Shown here: positions 31,821 through 42,419 of the stretch, piece by piece
Position numbering within the stretch: position 1 is the first letter of the stretch
How the letters are laid out: every line of letters begins with the position of its first letter
Assembly (NCBI GenBank): GCA_964600255.1
Contig: CAZRIX010000001.1
Span: 118,542 to 182,541, forward strand
Length of the DNA stretch: 64,000 nt
Reading direction: 5' to 3'
Source of the DNA: an uncultured Candidatus Saccharibacteria bacterium
GTDB taxonomy: Bacteria; Patescibacteriota; Minisyncoccia; Phycocordibacterales; PALSA-1337
The notes under the pieces: model-generated
What the model was told of the DNA's origin: nothing
Database searches by the model: none
The model's input: only the letters and a program-made list of their open reading frames with translations
Made by a program: the position numbers and the translations under genes

Positions 31821-32653
31821 AGATTTAGAATATGTTTCTTGGTGTCCAAATATAAGATGGCTATATGATACCTAACTATAGTAAGTTCGATACCGATAGG
31901 CATAGAATCCTTGAATCCATATAACGCATACATTTTAGGTAGCCTATATAGTAAATAGCCGAGAATTGTCCTTAACCTTTTATATAAAGTCCAGTACATA
32001 AAGTCGCCAAACCTCCTAATAGGCGCCACATCGACTTCAAAGCCTGCATATCTACTAAAGTATGCCCATACATTGCGTACCCTCTCCTCCGGCCATATAA
32101 AGTTATAATATGATTTCATGGTACCTACAGGAAACTTCTTGGTGTCCCAGTAGAGACGATCGTGGACCTGTCCTCTAAATCTAGCTCCGACCGATCTGTG
32201 TACTAGCCTAGTTTGGTATGATGGATAGCTAGCCTCATGTTTGATTTCGACGATATTATTATTCTTCTCAAGAAAAATTCTCGTAGGCATTCTATATACA
32301 AGATGTTCTGGTTTTGGATCAGAAGTTATTTTTCTTATTTCCATAACAGCCTCGTCGGTCAAAGTATCGTCTGAATCCATAAAAAAGTACCAGTCATTGG
32401 TTGCCGCATCCATATTTCTTTGTCTGACCGTTGCCTTATCTTTTACACATCTGACATTCTTTTCATCTGTATCATATTGTCTTATAACTTTTGCACCAAA
32501 TGACTTAGCTATTTCTACCGTGTTATCCGTACTATTTCCATCACACACTATAACCTCATCAAAATCTCTGAATGACTCTAGGCACTTGGCAAGACCCTCC
32601 GCTGAATTCAGAGTCAAAATTCCAACCGAACATTTTATTTTATTACTATCCAT
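31811..32653 (-). CDS. Glycosyltransferase family 2
   Basis: ILTLNS, DGNSTDNT, MDSDD, VHD; start placed at ATG 32653. Confidence 0.85.
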   Translation of the reverse strand: MDSNKIKCSVGILTLNSAEGLAKCLESFRDFDEVIVCDGNSTDNTVEIAKSFGAKVIRQYDTDEKNVRCVKDKATVRQRNMDAATNDWYFFMDSDDTLTDEAVMEIRKITSDPKPEHLVYRMPTRIFLEKNNNIVEIKHEASYPSYQTRLVHRSVGARFRGQVHDRLYWDTKKFPVGTMKSYYNFIWPEERVRNVWAYFSRYAGFEVDVAPIRRFGDFMYWTLYKRLRTILGYLLYRLPKMYALYGFKDSMPIGIELTIVRYHIAILYLDTKKHILNLWK

Positions 32654-32654
32654 A

Positions 32655-33689
32655 TTATTTAATTTCATTCTTTAGATTATGGATTAGCTTCACTAGTGAG
32701 TGTGAATCTTCTACCATTTGTCTCAATTTTATTCTTGTTTCATTTTTATTATTATTCAAAACAAAATTCTTGAGTTCATTGGACAAGAAGATAGCATCTC
32801 CAGGTTTAAATGTTAGTCCATAAGGATAAAGTATTGGTAGTAATGCATCATTTGAACTCATTACCAGCGTTCCACATGCCATAGCTTCTAGCGCAGCTTT
32901 ATCTAGACTTCCTGTAGTACTTGTATGAATAAATAGATCTGCACTTTTTAATAATGGCACGATCTGTGTCTGGGTCTTTGGTCCAACAAAGTTTACAATC
33001 GTTTCTAGAGACTTTTCAGTAACAACTTTTTTAATATCTTCAAAATATTTCTTATCATCATTTGTTACAGGTTCCCCGACTACATCTAGACTTACATCGA
33101 TATCATTACGAATTTGTGATACGGCATTCAATATTGTCACCAAATCTTTTGATCTTGAGATTCTGCCGATAGTTATAAGTTTTAGTTTATCTGTGTATAT
33201 CTTATTTTGATCAAAAGAAAATAAGTCCAAATCTATACCATGTGACATAACCTTCAGCTTCTCAGTTTTTACTCTAAAACTTTCGGCAGATGCAGAAAAA
33301 ACTTTCTTTACAAAAAGAAGTGCGAGTTTTAGAGACGCCGTTACACTCTTGTGTGTATACCAAAGATATACATCCTTTCCAATGACCTTCCAATACAATC
33401 CGCCAAGTAGCGCGTAGATCTGGTTCATATGAATAAAGACCTTATCATAATCATTACGTTCACTTACAATGTATTTATAAAAGTTAAACACATACTTAAT
33501 TCTTGATACTCCAGCTTCCTTTCCAAGTGAGAGTACTTTTACATTCTTTGGTAGACTATATTCACCCTTATACAAACAAATTACAATAACTGATTCGAAG
33601 TTTTTTGAAAATTCCTCGATCCATCTATGGAAAAAACCGAGTACTGAATCGTTCTTATCAACTTTCTGAGTAAGGATTAATAGTTTCAT
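32655..33689 (-). CDS. Glycosyltransferase family 4
   Basis: HGID, GRISRSK, SLDKAALEAMACG. Confidence 0.88.
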   Translation of the reverse strand: MKLLILTQKVDKNDSVLGFFHRWIEEFSKNFESVIVICLYKGEYSLPKNVKVLSLGKEAGVSRIKYVFNFYKYIVSERNDYDKVFIHMNQIYALLGGLYWKVIGKDVYLWYTHKSVTASLKLALLFVKKVFSASAESFRVKTEKLKVMSHGIDLDLFSFDQNKIYTDKLKLITIGRISRSKDLVTILNAVSQIRNDIDVSLDVVGEPVTNDDKKYFEDIKKVVTEKSLETIVNFVGPKTQTQIVPLLKSADLFIHTSTTGSLDKAALEAMACGTLVMSSNDALLPILYPYGLTFKPGDAIFLSNELKNFVLNNNKNETRIKLRQMVEDSHSLVKLIHNLKNEIK

Positions 33690-33718
33690 GATGTGTATGA
33701 TAATTATAACTTAATATA

Positions 33719-34774
33719 TTATTGCAGAGTTTGAACCACCTTATCCGCTATATCCTTCGCATTCCAATCTGCAATGACCGCGTCGACTTCTTGTGCAATA
33801 CCTACATTTGTTGAGACTATTTTAAGTCCACTTGCTTGAGCCTCTTTAAAGACCATACCGTAACCCTCATACCATGATGTAACTAGTAGCACATCGGCAC
33901 CCGCATAATATGGACTTAGATCGGTTTGCCATCCTTCAAATACCACATTCTTCCCTTCATTTATCTTATATGCTTGTTTTTTTAGACTATCTATACATGC
34001 ACCTGAACCAACGACAACCATACCGCAGCTCTTATCTTTTTCATAAATATACTTCATAGCATCGATTGCCATACTTACATTCTTCTCATACTCCAACCTA
34101 GATACAACCAAGATAATTTTAGCGAATTGTGGAAACTTCTTTCGTAGATCAAAACTAGGCACCAAACTTTTGGTATATGTAGTGTTGATATCAATAGGCT
34201 TTAGAACAATCTTTGCTTGCGCAAAACCTCTATTTAATAGTGAGTCAGCAATCTTTCTTGAGACAACCCTTATAACCTGTGCATGTGGTAATGTGAATCT
34301 TGATATAAATAATCTAATGCGGTTTATCATAGCGTTCTTGATACCGATACAATTACTTACAAAATACGGACTAAACATTTCTGTATGAATTTGAATAAGT
34401 AGATCTGAATCCTTTCTAAGGTTTGCAATATATTTGCCAGCGAGCGCAGTTTCAAAAGGATCCTGGCAAGTTACCAGTAGAGGTATTTCTTTACTTATAC
34501 CCTTAAGGATTGTCTTCCCCAAGCTACAAGCATCTTTTACATAGTTTAGCCTTAAAAGAGAATTGGTTGAATATATTTTACAACCAGCTGAGATAGTAAT
34601 TGGTTCTATTTTCTTGGTAGAAAAAACAATAATATGTAATTCTTTGTACAACTTCGAATATTCAACCATTCTTGCCCTAACCTGACTTTTCTCCATAAAG
34701 ATAAGTCGGTCGGTCGATATCATTATCGCAACTGAATTGGAATAATCCTTGTACTCGGTCTTATAGTTTTTCAT
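33719..34774 (-). CDS. Glycosyltransferase family 4
   Basis: VSRLEYEKN, YEGYGMVFKEA, STNVG. Confidence 0.88.
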   Translation of the reverse strand: MKNYKTEYKDYSNSVAIMISTDRLIFMEKSQVRARMVEYSKLYKELHIIVFSTKKIEPITISAGCKIYSTNSLLRLNYVKDACSLGKTILKGISKEIPLLVTCQDPFETALAGKYIANLRKDSDLLIQIHTEMFSPYFVSNCIGIKNAMINRIRLFISRFTLPHAQVIRVVSRKIADSLLNRGFAQAKIVLKPIDINTTYTKSLVPSFDLRKKFPQFAKIILVVSRLEYEKNVSMAIDAMKYIYEKDKSCGMVVVGSGACIDSLKKQAYKINEGKNVVFEGWQTDLSPYYAGADVLLVTSWYEGYGMVFKEAQASGLKIVSTNVGIAQEVDAVIADWNAKDIADKVVQTLQ

Positions 34775-35780
34775 AGAAAGAAATTATTTCTTTACCAATA
34801 TCTTCCCAAGTGTGTACCCAGTTAAAGTTTTTTATCTTGTCCGCCTGCAGAGCTCGGTTCTTTGGATCAGACATCCAAGTAATCTTTTCTATCATATCCT
34901 TTTCACTTGTTGGATCAACAAAAATAGCACAGTCCCTTACTCGGTCTGTAATACCATTCTCCTTTGTTAAAATAAACGGTGTGCCAAGTCTAATAGCATC
35001 AAAGATCATATTTGGACTAATGTCACCTATAGATGCTAGCACTACTGCATATGATCTACGCATTCTTTCTTGGAAGTTGTCGTATACAGCCTTTGTTGTA
35101 TCAAATTCTATATTGTCGAGACCAGCTTTCTTTGTATTTGACTGAGCTATTTTGAATGCTTTCTTTAGGGCATCAATGTTCTTCCAGACCAAGTCACGAG
35201 TACCAGCGACGAAGACTCTATTTTCTGGCTCAATAGGTTCCTCCTTTTTTCCACAAAAGTTCTCTACAATTCTGCTTTTTCTTTGATCCAGCTTGTAGGC
35301 ATTTTCAAAAATACCCTTTTGCCAATTTGTACTATATATTACCAATGCAGCATTCCTCAAAGAATCTCCACCGAGTTTATATATTAGTTTTTCTTTGCGA
35401 GTAAGTTTACCGAGTGATGTATTATAGAAATCCCTAAAGAGTACTAACTCACCTGTTCTTTCTACATAACTCTCCCACAAGAAATCTCCACCTGTGCGGA
35501 TAATGTATTTTTTGTTCATGAGCTTACATGCATACATTGTAGGTACAGCGGCACTCCATGTATCGAGTACCAATATTAGATCTGCATTCCAACCCTTTCT
35601 AAATATCTTCAAAAAGAAAAGAATGTGTCTAACGAATGTTGGAAATGCTCTTTCCCATCGGTATGCAGCCACCTTTACATCATGACCTTGTGACTTCCAT
35701 GTTTCGTATAGATTGCGTGCATATTGCGCTGGACCACCAATATCTGGTGGATATATACCTGTAGATATTAGTATTTTCAT
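34761..35780 (-). CDS. Glycosyltransferase family 4-like protein
   Basis: GIYPPDIGGPA, GGDFLWE, DISPNMIFDAI. Confidence 0.8.
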   Translation of the reverse strand: MKILISTGIYPPDIGGPAQYARNLYETWKSQGHDVKVAAYRWERAFPTFVRHILFFLKIFRKGWNADLILVLDTWSAAVPTMYACKLMNKKYIIRTGGDFLWESYVERTGELVLFRDFYNTSLGKLTRKEKLIYKLGGDSLRNAALVIYSTNWQKGIFENAYKLDQRKSRIVENFCGKKEEPIEPENRVFVAGTRDLVWKNIDALKKAFKIAQSNTKKAGLDNIEFDTTKAVYDNFQERMRRSYAVVLASIGDISPNMIFDAIRLGTPFILTKENGITDRVRDCAIFVDPTSEKDMIEKITWMSDPKNRALQADKIKNFNWVHTWEDIGKEIISFYEKL

Positions 35781-36967
35781 ATATTAGATAAGAATACCTT
35801 ATTCTTCATATCACTTGCAATGAGGCTCCATTGATACTTGTTTTTGACCATATCCAGAGCCTTCGCAACAACACGATCTCTTAGATCTTTATCATCCATA
35901 ATCTCTTCAACTTTTTTGGCTATACTTGCAGGATTGTTGACGTCACATAGTAATCCTGTCTCCCTATCAACCAGAAAATCAACGATACCGCCAACTGGAG
36001 TGGCGATAACTGGTATACCAGCCGCCATCGCTTCAATATATGAATTACCAAAACCTTCTGACAAAGATGGGCGCACGAAGATATCTGATGCATGGAGATA
36101 CTGTGGCATCTCTAGATGAGAGATATATCCCAAAAATATAACTCGCCCTTCCAAACCATTCTGCTTCACTCTCAACTTGAGTTCTTCTTCTTGATATCCT
36201 GTTCCTAGAATTAAAAATTTTACATTTGGAGGAAGTAACTTCAATGCATCGATCACATCATCAGTTGCATTTTTCTTTACAAGTCTAGATGTGGTAATGA
36301 GGAATACATCACCAGGTTTTTTACCAAGTTTATTCTTTAGATCATTTAGTTCGGTTTCACTTTTTCTATTTGAAAATAAATCTAGATCAACCGCATTTGG
36401 AACAATGGTAATAGGACATGTTGTGCCCATATGTCGAGCCCAGTCCTCAAGGAACTTTGAGATGACCTGCACGAAATCCGCGTGAGTAAATATTTTCTTA
36501 AATAGACCCCCAAAAATTCCTTCCCTTCTCTCAAAATTATCCCCCTCTTGTAGTGATAATATAAAAGGAACTTTATTATGAACCTTTTTGAATAGATACG
36601 CTGCAAATCCTGCATAACTTGCCATCATTGCCCATGTAGCATCATATCCATTTCTCTTTTGCAGTTCTAATGCTTTTATGAAAGCTTGGAATGGAAAAAG
36701 GATTTTGGATAAAGGAAAAATCTGGGAACTTTTCATATTTGCTCCAAACCACGGCAGACCAACCCTGTACACATTCACATTACCTATTTTCTCGAAACTG
36801 GAACCTTTCTTGCGCAGAGTTATCATATCGAACTGTATATCTTTGCTAGATATTCTGTCAGTAATCTCCTTTATTGCAACTTCAGCCCCACCTATCACTC
36901 TTGGATAGTATACTAGAGAAAATATCAGTACTCTCTTGGGTTTTACTGTATTAGTTTGATTTTGCAT
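35777..36967 (-). CDS. Glycosyltransferase family 4
   Basis: GGAE, SRLVKKN, SEGFGNSYIEAMAAGIPVIATPVGG. Confidence 0.9.
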   Translation of the reverse strand: MQNQTNTVKPKRVLIFSLVYYPRVIGGAEVAIKEITDRISSKDIQFDMITLRKKGSSFEKIGNVNVYRVGLPWFGANMKSSQIFPLSKILFPFQAFIKALELQKRNGYDATWAMMASYAGFAAYLFKKVHNKVPFILSLQEGDNFERREGIFGGLFKKIFTHADFVQVISKFLEDWARHMGTTCPITIVPNAVDLDLFSNRKSETELNDLKNKLGKKPGDVFLITTSRLVKKNATDDVIDALKLLPPNVKFLILGTGYQEEELKLRVKQNGLEGRVIFLGYISHLEMPQYLHASDIFVRPSLSEGFGNSYIEAMAAGIPVIATPVGGIVDFLVDRETGLLCDVNNPASIAKKVEEIMDDKDLRDRVVAKALDMVKNKYQWSLIASDMKNKVFLSNI

Positions 36968-36971
36968 GGTA

Positions 36972-38894
36972 TTACTCTACCCTAAGAACATCTCTGAGTA
37001 CATCTTCTGGTACCTCATTTTTTGTGTCACTTTTTATCTGTGTTTTTTCAGAATTCTTCAGATTTTCTATTGGTTTTGATACTACCTTTGGTTTGTCTGT
37101 GCTCATATTTGCATCACCATTTTTTGTTAATCCTGGGTTGGCAGCGAGGATTGCTGACAATGCACTCTTTAATTCATTTACGCGAGCTGGTGAAGCGTCC
37201 TTATGATTGTTATTTTTTGGAGTATTTGTAAGTGAGCTTAGCGATACGGACTTAAGCTTAGGTAGGTTCACATTATGATGAACAAAAGGTCTTTGATTAT
37301 TATTATGTCCATGATGATTCTTATCACCGTGATGATTTACGTGCTGTCCCACATGATGACCTGTGCCATGACTGTGATGTCCATTGTCGGCTACTTTAGG
37401 TGCCGTGGCTGTGTTTGTATGCATCTGAACAGGCTCTACGTGTATTGTAGGTTGTGGATTTGATATCGTGGGCTTAGCAGTATTTACAACGGTTGGCGCA
37501 GGTGTGACTGGTTTTGGTTCAGCCGCTTTGACATCAGTTGTCTTTGATTCTTTTGGCTTATCTTCTACCTTCACTGTTGCAGACTTAGGTGGTGCTTTGA
37601 CTGGTATTATAGGGGCCATCCAGTCATCGATAGCTTTCTCAACCTCAGCTCTCCTGTTTGAGAATTGTATTCTAGACTGTTCAATAACCTTCTCTTTACT
37701 TGAACTCTCTGGTTTTTCGATTGGTGGCAAGGTGGTAGCAGAAAAAGGTGCCGAGCTGATACCATCGATCATTAATTTTAAATATATTTGGAAAATACCC
37801 AAGTTCACAATATCTTCTGCAGTAAACTGCGGAGCAAATTCCTTCTCTAGAACTTCAGCATCAAAAGCTCCTACTCGAAAGACAATCATAGTACCAACGT
37901 TACCGAATACAGCAGCTCTAACCTCCTCTTCCATTTGCTCAATATACTGATGAGCCATTGTAAGGTTCAACTTGTACTTTCTTGCCTCAGATAGAATATC
38001 TGCAAAACTTTCATTGGCGAAAGATTGGAACTCGTCTACGAATAGATAGAAGTTTGGTAGAGTCTTGAGTACTCTATCTGGAACATCCGCACGTGAAAGT
38101 GCTGCTAGATAGATCTTTGTAATCAACATTCCCCCCAGAAGATTGGCATTTGATTCTCCTATTCTTCCCTTTGATAGGTTTATGATAAATACCTTACCAC
38201 TATCCATCATCTTTCTTATGTCAAAAGATGATTTTGGCTGACCGATCATATTACGTATCAGTGCATTTGCAGTAAACTGTCCGATCTTGTTCTGGATCGC
38301 TGGCACGGCTTCAGCGGCCATTCTTTCTGTATAGTTTGCAAACTCTTGTACCCAAAAAGCTTTTACTGATGAATCTGTGACATGAGAGATTACCTGCTTT
38401 CTGAACTCTTTATCAGACAACATTCGGTTTACACCGAGCAATGTAGCATCTGGATATTCTAGTAGTGCCAGAAGAGTGTTTGTAAGGATATATTCCATTC
38501 TTGCTGACCAAGCGTCTTGCCATATCTTTTTGAAGGTACTCATCAGACCTGATACGACTAGGTGTCTTTTATCAGCATCAACATTTTCCAAAACATTAAA
38601 TGAGATCGGATTGTCTATATCGAACGGAGCAAAATACACTACATCCTTTTGTCTATGTTCCGGTACATACTCTAATAGGAGCTCAGCTGTTTTGCCGTGA
38701 GGATCGATGAAAGCCATACCCTCACCATTCTTTATATCCTGCACAGCCATGTTCTCAAGTAAGGTAGACTTACCCATACCTGTCTTTCCTATCACGTAGA
38801 CATGCTTTGTACGATCCTTTGCTTTAATACCAAAGGTTACCCTCTTATTTCTGGCATCAGTTTGTCCAAAATATGTGATCCTTTCTTCATTCAT
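36972..38894 (-). CDS. VirD4/TraG/HerA-like P-loop ATPase with a low-complexity His/Asn/Pro-rich tail
   Basis: HVYVIGKTGMGKS, FIDPHG, LFVDEFQ, EARKY, AHQY; start placed at ATG 38894. Confidence 0.85.
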   Translation of the reverse strand: MNEERITYFGQTDARNKRVTFGIKAKDRTKHVYVIGKTGMGKSTLLENMAVQDIKNGEGMAFIDPHGKTAELLLEYVPEHRQKDVVYFAPFDIDNPISFNVLENVDADKRHLVVSGLMSTFKKIWQDAWSARMEYILTNTLLALLEYPDATLLGVNRMLSDKEFRKQVISHVTDSSVKAFWVQEFANYTERMAAEAVPAIQNKIGQFTANALIRNMIGQPKSSFDIRKMMDSGKVFIINLSKGRIGESNANLLGGMLITKIYLAALSRADVPDRVLKTLPNFYLFVDEFQSFANESFADILSEARKYKLNLTMAHQYIEQMEEEVRAAVFGNVGTMIVFRVGAFDAEVLEKEFAPQFTAEDIVNLGIFQIYLKLMIDGISSAPFSATTLPPIEKPESSSKEKVIEQSRIQFSNRRAEVEKAIDDWMAPIIPVKAPPKSATVKVEDKPKESKTTDVKAAEPKPVTPAPTVVNTAKPTISNPQPTIHVEPVQMHTNTATAPKVADNGHHSHGTGHHVGQHVNHHGDKNHHGHNNNQRPFVHHNVNLPKLKSVSLSSLTNTPKNNNHKDASPARVNELKSALSAILAANPGLTKNGDANMSTDKPKVVSKPIENLKNSEKTQIKSDTKNEVPEDVLRDVLRVE

Positions 38895-38955
38895 AAATAT
38901 AGAACGTTTATGTATATATTCTAACACATATATAGAAATGTGTTATTATGAATTT

Positions 38956-39963
38956 ATGAAAATAGACATTAAAACATTGTACAAAAGGTTTGCTGATTTT
39001 ATGAGTCCTTATTCAGTTATTTTTATATTATTCTCAATTATCACCATATTCTTTATTATCACCGAGCCTTCTGCTGTTTTTTCCAATACAGCCACACTTT
39101 TTAGAGACAATACCCTCATTAGATTAGCTGCAAAAGAGCACTTTATCTGGGGTGGTCTACTAGGTTTTGGTATACTGGCTATCACATATATAGCTACAAA
39201 CATAAAAAGGCAGTATTCCCTAAAACATGTTTTCGGTAGAATCATATCTCTAGTCTTTTTCCTCCTATGGGGTGCGATGTTATCTGAAGTTTTGTTCGTC
39301 ACTCCTGTTTTGGACAATATCGTAAAGTGGTCAGATATTTTTATGAATGCAGACAAGCAGATATTCGGTGTATACCCAGCATTCTTTATGTACAAACATC
39401 ATAATGTAGTTTTGGAATACATAGTTGTTGAGTCATATGGATACCTTACTATTGTTATCGCTTTATGGACTCTTTTCCTCGTTGCAACACAAAGAATGGA
39501 CGAATTCCTGATTTGGTCAAAAAGGATACTTCTAGCTTTTGCTATCTCTATACCACTTTGGTTTGTTTTCCCTGCAACCCAACCATCTATAATGTATATT
39601 ACAAATCTGTTCAACAAACCTGTTGCCCCTGACATAGCAGAAGTTATCAAGGTAGGACCGCCTTCACTGTATATAAACAAGGCAGTAAATGAGTACACAA
39701 CAATGTGGCTCGATCCATACGGAAAAAGATTCTCAACGTCAAACTTTCCTAGCATGCACGTAATATGGGGATTCCTTCTTTTCCTAAGTGTGGCTAGAGT
39801 GTTTAAGTCAAAGATAACAAAAACACTGTTCTTTATATTTGCAGTTACAAATACAATTGGAACAGTGTATGTTTTACAGCACTATGCGGTGGATGCCTTT
39901 GCAGGAATTGCAGTAGTGGTGCTTGTTTGGGGAGTGACGAGCGAAAGAAAGGTGGGTGTTTAA
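38956..39963 (+). CDS. PAP2-superfamily membrane protein (Aur1/IPC-synthase-like)
   Basis: Multi-TM, FPATQP, NFPSMH, HYAVD; start placed at ATG 38956. Confidence 0.7.
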   Translation: MKIDIKTLYKRFADFMSPYSVIFILFSIITIFFIITEPSAVFSNTATLFRDNTLIRLAAKEHFIWGGLLGFGILAITYIATNIKRQYSLKHVFGRIISLVFFLLWGAMLSEVLFVTPVLDNIVKWSDIFMNADKQIFGVYPAFFMYKHHNVVLEYIVVESYGYLTIVIALWTLFLVATQRMDEFLIWSKRILLAFAISIPLWFVFPATQPSIMYITNLFNKPVAPDIAEVIKVGPPSLYINKAVNEYTTMWLDPYGKRFSTSNFPSMHVIWGFLLFLSVARVFKSKITKTLFFIFAVTNTIGTVYVLQHYAVDAFAGIAVVVLVWGVTSERKVGV

Positions 39964-39984
39964 ATAAACACGTTATTACAGAGT

Positions 39985-40494
39985 CTAGTTACAAGTAGTA
40001 TCAAGTATTAAACCTAGAGCGGCATTACCTGCGCCAGTTAAAGCATCGTAATCGTTACCTGCACTAGTTTTGCCTCGTGAGACACCTATACTATCAATAC
40101 ACCAAAATTTTCCTGTAGATTTCAAAGGAAATGCTATTGCATAAGCTAGACCATTTAAAGTAACATTACACTGACCATCAAGATTACCATTTACCTGCTT
40201 GATGTGATTCATAGCTTTCTGCAAATTAACATTTGCAAAGATAGTTCCAGCCGTAGTCAATGTTGAGCACTGATTACTATTTATTGATGAACCTGTTGTG
40301 TTGTAGACGCCTGACAAAGCAGCACGTTGCAATTCTGCACCTGTTCTAATTTCAACCATATCACGCCTGATTGCAGCATCTACACCCTTTACTCTTGAAG
40401 AGGCTAGTGATGCAAGCACAACAGATGACAACAAACCAATTATTGAAATAACAACGAGCAACTCAATCAATGTAAATCCTTTTTTTAATGACAT
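39985..40494 (-). CDS. Type IV pilin
   Basis: KKG/FTLIELLVVISIIG prepilin cleavage/methylation motif; WCIDS. Confidence 0.92.
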   Translation of the reverse strand: MSLKKGFTLIELLVVISIIGLLSSVVLASLASSRVKGVDAAIRRDMVEIRTGAELQRAALSGVYNTTGSSINSNQCSTLTTAGTIFANVNLQKAMNHIKQVNGNLDGQCNVTLNGLAYAIAFPLKSTGKFWCIDSIGVSRGKTSAGNDYDALTGAGNAALGLILDTTCN

Positions 40495-40551
40495 TTTTTT
40501 AGTATTAATATTCTATTACTCTTATATATTATCATATATATTGCATCACAC

Positions 40552-40585
40552 AAACAAAAAACCACCGTTAGGTGGTATTCTGTTT
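40552..40585 (-). terminator. Probable terminator downstream of the major pilin
   Basis: ACCACC/GGTGGT hairpin followed by a T-run on the minus strand. Confidence 0.55.
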
Positions 40586-40601
40586 CTAAAATACTCTTAG
40601 A

Positions 40602-41090
40602 TTATCTTGAATCCATTAACGCACAAGTTGCATCACCAATCAATACGTTTGCTGGTGTTCCAATGTTTATCTTCTTAGCCTCTCCAATACTATCTACACA
40701 CCAGTAGTCTCCAGCAGCTCCTCCACTAAGTGACGCTGCTACTGCGTAACCTGCAAATGATGTTGCTGTTGTACCGCACTTCATAAGTGTACCTGTTGGC
40801 ATTGCAGCCTTTAGAGTAACGAAGTTTGCATTAGCAGCTAGTGAGCCAGCAACTGCGTTTGAACAATCAACGTTTGACTGTGCTGTTCCGTATGCAGATC
40901 CAGTATCTGAATATAATATTTCAGCCTGAGAACGAATTCCTCCCATCTGTGCTTGAACCTTTCCGTCATTTCCCTTACTTCTTGCTGTTGAAAGTGAAGC
41001 CAATACTACTGATGACAAAATACCAATGATTGCGATCACAACTAGCAACTCAATCAATGTGAAACCCTTTTGTAAATATGTTTTCTTCAT
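40602..41090 (-). CDS. Type IV pilin (probable major pilin)
   Basis: QKG/FTLIELLVVIAIIG, SLSTARSKG, YWCVDS. Confidence 0.92.
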   Translation of the reverse strand: MKKTYLQKGFTLIELLVVIAIIGILSSVVLASLSTARSKGNDGKVQAQMGGIRSQAEILYSDTGSAYGTAQSNVDCSNAVAGSLAANANFVTLKAAMPTGTLMKCGTTATSFAGYAVAASLSGGAAGDYWCVDSIGEAKKINIGTPANVLIGDATCALMDSR

Positions 41091-41203
41091 AAACGAAAAT
41101 AATTAACCTATATAAACTTATTAATAATTAACTTATGGCACAATTATATCAAACGTATGATAAATAAGGGTAAATACTATGTGGATAACTTAGGAATAAC
41201 TCG

Positions 41204-42412
41204 TTATTGTGCACTTGCAACGTTGTATATAGGTATCAAAACAGATGCAAGCAAAGTCGCTACGCCTAGACCAAGCATAACGATCATGGCTGGTTCTATA
41301 AGATCAACTAGTGCATCAACTGCAGTTGTAACTTCTCTTGAGTAGAATCTAGCTAGAGTCTTTAGAATACTTCCCAACTCTCCTGACTCCTCACCCACCT
41401 TCATCATTTGAATCATAATTCCAGGAATCTCACCGTTACCTGACAGAGACTCAGATACCGTTTTACCAGCTTTTACAGAATCCACTGCGTCTGCAAGGAT
41501 CTTGTGATAAATACTACTATTAATAACTGACGATGTTAGTTCTAGAGCTCTAATCATAGGAATACCAGCGACAAGCATGGTGTTCATGTTATCTGATAGA
41601 CGTGCCCAGTATAGCTTCCTGTATAGATTACTTAGATATGGAATACTTAGTTTTATCTGATCAAATATAACAGCACCGCTCGGTGTCCTTATGTATTTCA
41701 TAATCACGAATCCAAGAACCACAGCGACAGCTAGCATTATGATTCCATATGACACAAAGAAGTTACTTATACCCAAAACTATTTTAGTATAAATAGGTAT
41801 ATCCTGTCCTGATTCAACTAGAATAGTACTGATCTTTGGAATAACCATCGTAAACATAAGGATCATCACGGTTATAAATGTGGCCATAACGAATGCTGGA
41901 TATATCAGAGCACTTTTAGCTTTTGATACTAGTTCATATGTACGATCCATATAATCCGCAAGGTAGCTGAAAGTTTCATTGAGTTTTCCTGACTCTTCAC
42001 CCGCCTTAACCATACTTACATAAAACTCCGAAAAGGCCTTTGGATGCTTTTCTAGTGCGATAGATATTGAACTACCCGCCTGAAGATCGTCAGCGATATT
42101 TAGTAGTATGTTTCCCAAAACTTTATTCTCACTTTCAGCACCAAGTAGTCTAAATACTCTAAGCGCAGAAACCTGCGCTTCAAAAAGCGTCGCAAGTTGT
42201 CTAGATAGAATCACAACATCTTTGTTCGAGACTCTATCAAAAAACGCTAGATTCATATTGAGTATACCTCCCTTCTTGTCTGCCTCAATTATGGACGTTA
42301 TAACCAAACCACGTCTTTGAAGTGAGGCAATGGCAATATCTACATTAGCTGCATCTATTGAGCCTGTTGTATTTGCACCTGTTTGATCTACTGATTGATA
42401 GTTAAAAAGCAT
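41204..42412 (-). CDS. pilC: Type IV pilus platform protein (T2SS F family)
   Basis: RQLATL, GEESGKL, ALIYP, GEESGEL, LIEP. Confidence 0.92.
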   Translation of the reverse strand: MLFNYQSVDQTGANTTGSIDAANVDIAIASLQRRGLVITSIIEADKKGGILNMNLAFFDRVSNKDVVILSRQLATLFEAQVSALRVFRLLGAESENKVLGNILLNIADDLQAGSSISIALEKHPKAFSEFYVSMVKAGEESGKLNETFSYLADYMDRTYELVSKAKSALIYPAFVMATFITVMILMFTMVIPKISTILVESGQDIPIYTKIVLGISNFFVSYGIIMLAVAVVLGFVIMKYIRTPSGAVIFDQIKLSIPYLSNLYRKLYWARLSDNMNTMLVAGIPMIRALELTSSVINSSIYHKILADAVDSVKAGKTVSESLSGNGEIPGIMIQMMKVGEESGELGSILKTLARFYSREVTTAVDALVDLIEPAMIVMLGLGVATLLASVLIPIYNVASAQ

Positions 42413-42419
42413 ATTTGTA

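Noticed and set aside
36972-38894. Conjugative element implied by the VirD4-like gene
   Set aside because: No relaxase, virB4 or mating-pair genes nearby; the gene is embedded in chromosomal glycan/pilus context
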